Source: Pavona decussata (lineage: Eukaryota). From it: a DNA stretch of 64,000 bases. The position numbers and the translations under genes were made by a program. The stretch's first letter is position 1, and every line of letters begins with the position of its first letter. Below are positions 58,401-64,000 of the stretch, piece by piece. The DNA is taken from NCBI GenBank assembly GCA_977016875.1, contig CDRNST010000143.1, forward strand, positions 434,001 to 498,000, given 5' to 3'. Under the pieces are notes generated by a model. That model had not been told where the DNA came from, ran no database searches, and saw only the letters and a list, made by a program, of their open reading frames with translations.

Positions 58401-61400
58401 AAATCAAACCTGATGGACATAAATCTTTTGAAAAATCTTTATTGTTTAGTAGTTAAACTCGAATCGTTAATCCAGGATTAGCTTAATCGGGCTTTGAACA
58501 ACTCGTCCCAGATAATAACGACATTAACCAGAGTTTATAGAGCAATAAGGATGGAGAAAGAGTGCGTGAAAGTTGGGAATTAGTCGGGGCTTAAGCTCCT
58601 GTTAACCCTCGATTAATTCAATTAATCTCGTTCTCAGTTGTTTATCCGGGCATTATTGTTGAATTGTTGAGTTCGGTTTATTTGTATACACTGTTTAATC
58701 GCGCTTGACGTCAAGAAATTGAGAAAAGGGCGCTGACTCTGCATTACTCCGTTGATTATATATAACTCTGGTGCAATGGTGTATTGGTTAGCGTGTCGGA
58801 CTTCCCGGTAGAAAGACGGAAGGAAACGGGTGCGTGGTTGGAGGCTGGTTCACTTCCGCATCAATTGCCTCCCGGGACAACATACCTTACTCAGCACAGT
58901 CCCCCTCCACCCACTTCAATAACTAGGTATCAGCAAACCCTTATTGAGGCTTAGCAAAATGTTGTCATGGGTAACCCTCCAATGGACTAGCATCCTATCC
59001 AGGGGGATCGAGTAGTAATGCTACTAATCGCCTCATGCTGCCTGAAATGCTAGTTTTACGCACCGATTTCGATGAATAACTATGTTGTTGAGTTAGAACG
59101 GACCAATATCCTTTGGGGTTATGCTAAACATAACTTAAAAGGTTTTTTTTTTCTGATTAACAGGCAATTGCAACCTTTGTCATCAAGGGCGTCTTCATCT
59201 GCCCTGTAATTTTCAGTGCAACCGCACTCTGTTTTGTGGTCACACTTGTAAAGACAAATGTGTCCGCCCTTGTCCGCCTTGTTCAGAAATGTGTGGGATC
59301 TGCAAACAGAACTGCGGAATTCCTTGGAATCGCCCACATCAGAAACGCCCAGAGTTTTCCTCAGAGCAATACAAGAGACAAAGGTGCGACAATCCTTGTC
59401 AAGAACAGCTTGGGCATTCTTGCATTGGAATTTTCGGAGAAGTTGGCCCTAATCTGTGTCGAGTTTGCAACGAAGACGCTGTTGAGTTCAGCGAGAGTGA
59501 GCGAGAAGCTAGGTTTGTAGAACTGGTGGACTGTCGTCATGTGTTTGAAGTGAAGACATTGGATCAGTGGATAGATGAATCTGCCGTTGAGGAAGGTGAA
59601 AATGAAATAAAACGGAGACAGTGCCCCGAGTGCAATACCCCAATTTTGCACATACACAGATACCAGGAAATCCTTTCCGATTTTAACGCTGTTAAACGTC
59701 GAATCCTCCTTTCCAACGTTGTAAGTCATGAGCAGGTAAAGAGAATTCTAGAGGAATTGAAAACATTTAGGGCAGAAGAAATGAAGGTACACGTTCAAAA
59801 CATAGAGCGATCTATCAACAGCAGTAGTTTGACCTCTCAACAAGTAAGCAAGTGTCAAAACCAAGTTACTTTTCTCAAATTCCTTGACCATCTGATCACA
59901 AAGTACAATCTCACAAGTGAAATGAATCAGAAGCTTTTTTGCAGTATAAATTTTCTTACAAAACGGATAATGGAAAGACGCCTTTGCTTTAGTGAACAAG
60001 AAGTCAAGGAATTTATGGACGAGCTTTCAAGAACAAAGCTCCTCGTCTGCTTGGAATGTTTAACGATTGCGCTAGAAGGCAAGGCCCTAACTCTCAAAAC
60101 AGAAGATGACAGGATTGTGAACTCTATAAGAAGAACTTTGGCGTCAGGAAAAGTAGTTGGTAAGTGCACTTTTAAGTTCTCAAAGAAACGTTTTGAAGTA
60201 AATCCTGGAGTCTTGGAGTCTGTTGCGGAGTTTGATTTTGGAGTGTTTTTGTCTGTTTTGAGTTCCCTGGCACATCTTGACATTATAACACACAAGTCAA
60301 GGGTAAAATTAAACGACATAATAACTTTATACTCAGTCCATTTTAATTTTAGCGTTTTATTAGGTTAACTTTTTTTTTCTTTGTTTTTCGTCTCGAAAAA
60401 AGAATGTTTATTTACTTTACAGCCACTTTTAAACGGTCTTAAACAGTATATGGATGAATCGTTTAGTGAATTATGATGTAATTTGTCATACAGTCGTTTT
60501 CAAGCAGTTTCATATAACAAAATTAAAATCTTTTAAAATGCATTTACCTCTTTTAGGTCAGCAGAAGATGGAAATGTTTATGGCTGATATCAACAGAATT
60601 AAGAGGCGGTACGGGTTCGTCAAGGAAGTGGAGCCGACTGACTCCAAGTCAGAGCTGAAACACATTGTCATGACAAAACACCTCGCTCAAGGACCCTGGT
60701 ACAAATGCAGCAAAGGTACTTCAAATCATGAAGCTTCAAACTAAAAGTTAAGCTAATGTGACAAGGCTCAGCGTTGAAGTGTATCTCTCTCATCTCCCAA
60801 GGCGTGATTTTAATTTGACTAAGAGCTCTACCTCTTTATACTACTAAACCGTCTATCAATAAGTCGTAGTCAAACTTTTTTTTAATAAGAATATGACAGT
60901 GACATGTTTCTAGATCTTCAGTGTTGTAGCAATAGCTTTCTCGAAAGGGTTAAATGACTAATTTGACCGTAGTTGTTCAAAAAGTGGATAACCAATTAAC
61001 AGTTATTTCGCAATGCCAAATCTCGTCATGAGGTCATTTCAGAGACAACCAACTCGAATGCACAAACTGAAATCACTCAAGGGAAATGTTCGCTTCTTAT
61101 GGCTTTCCGAATCTTTCACGCAGCTTTTGTTTGTCGCTGTTTTCTTTATAGACAAAAATCTACTCCAATGCAAAAAAAAGTATAGTACCAACCTCATTGC
61201 CCACCGTCTAATACTTGAATGAAATGAAAGCAGGTTCGCTGTCGTGACCAGCGTGCTCAACGATTTTAATGAATACACTCACTTATATTGAGTTTATCCG
61301 ATGACTTAAAAAATATCCATTGAGAAATTCTTTTCTGTCTTTTAACTGGGGGCAGTATTAACGATAGTGCCATAGAAAAATAATGTAAACGTTTCAAAAA

Positions 61401-63348
61401 ACATGAATTAAACTGTCTAACACTCATTCATAATGACGGCATAGAACGGTAAAAATGCATCCAAAACGCTGCCAACATATAAATATAAGATGTAAAACCT
61501 GCTCTATCACCACGATTTTTCCCACGCCATGAAGAATACAGCCAATCAAAGAGTTGGAAGGGCGTGGCGTGTTCCACATTCTAGAGAACTGTGTACATGA
61601 GTTTAAAAAAAATGCATTTCAACGTCTTTTCGAAATATCTTAAGACTTTCCTCGCAAACCTTTGTTATTCTTTGCCAGTCTTCGGAGTGGTTCATGAATG
61701 GTACGAAATGTTTGATTGACCTTTCACAACATGTAAGGAAATCAATTGTTCGGGAAATCTTCGGAAAATAGGAGGGAGTCTTCGGAACTCTGAATATTTC
61801 TGAAATATGTTTGCAAACTTTAAAGGACAAACTGCTCTTGTGTACACAGGAGTCTTATGAATCACTTTTGGGAGGCTTGATCATGAGTCACTTGTGGTAC
61901 GTTTCAATGAATAAGTATATCTCTTCAAAGCATAGCAATAACGAGTATTCATTTGCTCTTACTCTCATCGGACAGGTCACGTTTACTCCGCTGTTGAACG
62001 CGTTGAAGAAGGTTCTATCAAGTGTCCAGATTGTTTCGCGGCGAAAATTAGGATTCAATGGGCAAAAGCAGAGGTCAGTCGTGATAAAAGGGATGAATGT
62101 TGACATACTAACAATGTGTTTTGAAAGTGTCTAACCAATAACACAAAGTGGGCGCCAAATCAATATAAAATTAATTCCATAGAGAACAAACAGAAACCAA
62201 CTAAATTACATTATCACAGGAACCTTAACGCGGACCGGTTTGTGAGTTGTTAAGGTATCTAAAATTGTCACAGCTTAAATGTATCGTGAATGTGAAAGTC
62301 AAGACATTTTTCATGTTCAACTTTGTCGAGGATGATTAAGTAAATAATATTCGATAAAAAACTTAAAACTTACCAATTAAAATTTGTGCACTATAAGATC
62401 AGAATATGCTGAAGAGAGAAATCTGAATGTTTTTAAAAAGATGATGCCTCCTTATCTACAGAGGTGTTATTGCACAGTTTATGGCAATGTGGTCTCAACA
62501 AGGGCTCTTCAAACCCAAAAGAGAAAATTTGGGTAACCACGCATTTTTCAAAGGTAATTAAGCAACAATAATTTAAAAAAAAAATTGACATACAATGTTT
62601 TTCAAATTGAAGCTTAATTATCTCTGAAAAATGCGAGTTTACCCCGGCCCCAATTTCCTTCTTGCATTTCAACAGTCTTTGCTAGCTAAGAACTTCATTT
62701 CCCGCATAGTCAGAAGCCGCGCAAAAAAAATACCTTTGAAATACAGTAGGTACTATCCACAAGGAATCAGAGCCGGATTCTCGGACTATCCCAAGACTGA
62801 GAGAACTTATGTTCAGTAGCAAAAGGAGGCACCATCCTTCACGCCCAGGATTAAGAATTTAAGATCATAATGATAGCAATGATTGTTGCGGAAATTTTAA
62901 TTTAAGCTTTAAAAAGCTTCGCTTTTTATCTGTAATAAGTTAATAGTACCTTCCCATGGCGCTGTTATATCTCATGGCAAGAGCGCCAAGTGTTCGATCC
63001 AATGGTTGGTGATACCGAACATGACACTGATCTCTACTTTTGTGTTATTTGGTCGCACAAGACATACTACCCAAGATTGTCTCTATTCATTTACCCAGAT
63101 GAATAAATAGCTAGATACCACGAGGGAAACCCTACCAGGAAATTCAACGGCCGTTTTTTTTAGGAAAAGTGGATGTACTAGGAAACTAATCAAACTGGTT
63201 TTGCTTTTTTATTACCTAGGTTGTGCCCACTCGTAAACGACGACCTCAAAAGGTGCACGTGACCATAGCACGCAAACCCGCATTTTGCCCAGCTGGCGCC
63301 AGGAGAGGAAGAAGGCGAAGACAATTTAGCAGGAATCTCAACCAATAA
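43440..63348 (+). CDS. ZNFX1: NFX1-type zinc finger-containing protein 1-like SF1 (UPF1-like) RNA helicase, about 3170 aa, 17 coding exons
   Basis: Phase-consistent exons: 43440(ATG; acceptor 43353)-47451, 47808-48298, 48741-48896, 49215-49345, 50167-50222, 50681-50877, 51463-51726 (alt donor 51666), 52417-52696, 53566-54234, 55181-55551, 55992-56199, 56656-57056, 57368-58262, 59164-60159, 60557-60715, 61976-62073, 63220-63348. Sum 9513 nt, divisible by 3. Motifs: [26 protein letters not shown], Walker [24 protein letters not shown], Walker [43 protein letters not shown]1-type Cys/His fingers, RZ finger. The start codon, the weak acceptor at 50680 and the last exon are less certain. Confidence 0.92.
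44550..45370 (+). repeat. Coding tandem repeat of 141/147 bp (47/49 aa) in the ZNFX1 N-terminal exon
   Basis: Units start at about 44550, 44697, 44844, 44985, 45126 and 45273 (consensus [19 protein letters not shown](CT)[28 protein letters not shown]). Degenerate copies extend over about 43600-46850. Confidence 0.95.
51852..52147 (+). mobile_element. Full-length tRNA-derived SINE in a ZNFX1 intron
   Basis: Head GAGTGGTTAGGGCGCCGGACTTGAAATCCGGTGGTCCCGGGTTTAAGTCCC, body, AATAAA and (TATG)n tail. Confidence 0.8.
53566..54234 (+). CDS. LamG-like / concanavalin A-like jelly-roll domain exon inside ZNFX1 (669 nt, phase 1-1)
   Basis: Strong polypyrimidine acceptor and an uninterrupted frame. Motifs [50 protein letters not shown] are typical of Laminin_G_3-type domains. 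Donor GTTGGT is weak. Confidence 0.85.
58770..59045 (+). mobile_element. Degenerate tRNA-derived SINE
   Basis: A-box-like TGGTGTATTGGTTAGCGTGTCGGACT and 3' block TGGACTAGCATCCTATCCAGGGGG..TCGCCTCATGCT. Confidence 0.6.
60557..62073 (+). CDS. ZNFX1: ZNFX1 C-terminal exons encoding a degenerate RZ (RNF213-ZNFX1) finger
   Basis: Exon 60557-60715 ends GPWYKCSK-G (phase 1). Exon 61976-62073 continues [19 protein letters not shown]. Read-through gives a stop at 62101-62103. Confidence 0.75.
62436..62842. mobile_element. Copy of the Kolobok-like MITE family seen at 1569
   Basis: AAGATGATGCCTCC ... GGAGGCACCATCCTT ends; interior similar to 1620-1880. Confidence 0.6.
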
Positions 63349-64000
63349 TTATCAGTCTTCAAGTTAAACAGGAACCTCTACAACACAGACATTACTTGCA
63401 GTTTACTTGCCTCGGGGGATGAAATGTTTTACTACCGTGACCGCCATGTTGAAAGTAGGCGGACATGACGAACAAAAATTGTTTGTATTGTAGTTTAGAA
63501 TCAACTATCAAACAATTTCGGTGGGATTTACAAATTATTAATAACCTGAAAGCTTAGGTTAATATTATGCGGGGGAGTGAAAAATTATGCCGGTCAAATC
63601 CAAGGGATTCTTAAAGGCCTGCAGCCATATATAACCTTTTAATAGATGTTTGGTTTTTTATTTTCTGTTCAGGCACTGCCCTCAATTTTTTTAGTAGAAT
63701 CTTTTTCTTGTTTCTCCTTTGTACTTTCAGAATCTTTCAAAAATAGTTTCACACCATGTTTTCCTTCTTTGAAAATGGCGGACACGACCGTCATCCAGAT
63801 GTAACCAACGTAGACAACATTAAAGAAAAGTAGTAAAAATGGCACTTTCTGTTTTTCCAGATCATTTTAGAGAATTTATATAGCTGAGTATTTAGATCGC
63901 ACTAAATTTTTGCATTTTTGCGAACAAAACGAATCAGTTTTCTCGTGTCACGAAAGTTTGAGGGGGTATTTTATCAAAGAAAATTCTAGACCGTAAATGT

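Overview
AT-rich eukaryotic scaffold with four N-gaps. The intron structure and repeat families suggest a cnidarian, probably a stony coral (inference). I reconstructed three protein-coding genes on the + strand by hand from GT-AG sites and reading phase. (1) A KChIP/KCNIP-type EF-hand calcium sensor (284-17452), mostly invisible in the ORF track, with two alternative Met-Gly first exons. (2) An intronless class C GPCR of the CaSR/mGluR group (22418-25252). (3) A very large, remodelled ZNFX1-family antiviral RNA helicase (about 43440-63348, 17 coding exons, about 3170 aa). This ZNFX1 carries an expanding 47-49 aa N-terminal repeat and a LamG/concanavalin-A-like domain inserted into the helicase as one symmetric phase 1-1 exon. 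It also has degenerate distal zinc fingers and an RZ finger that keeps its zinc ligands but lacks the catalytic Cys and His. Upstream is a ~4.3/4.9 kb tandem duplication; each copy holds six STAT-type GAS sites plus ETS and CCAAT motifs and a splice donor. A third GAS-ETS-GAS module lies directly before ZNFX1. The rest is a frameshifted LINE, tRNA-derived SINEs, Kolobok- and Harbinger-type MITEs, hairpin elements and microsatellites. No database searches were run; family assignments rest on motif recognition.
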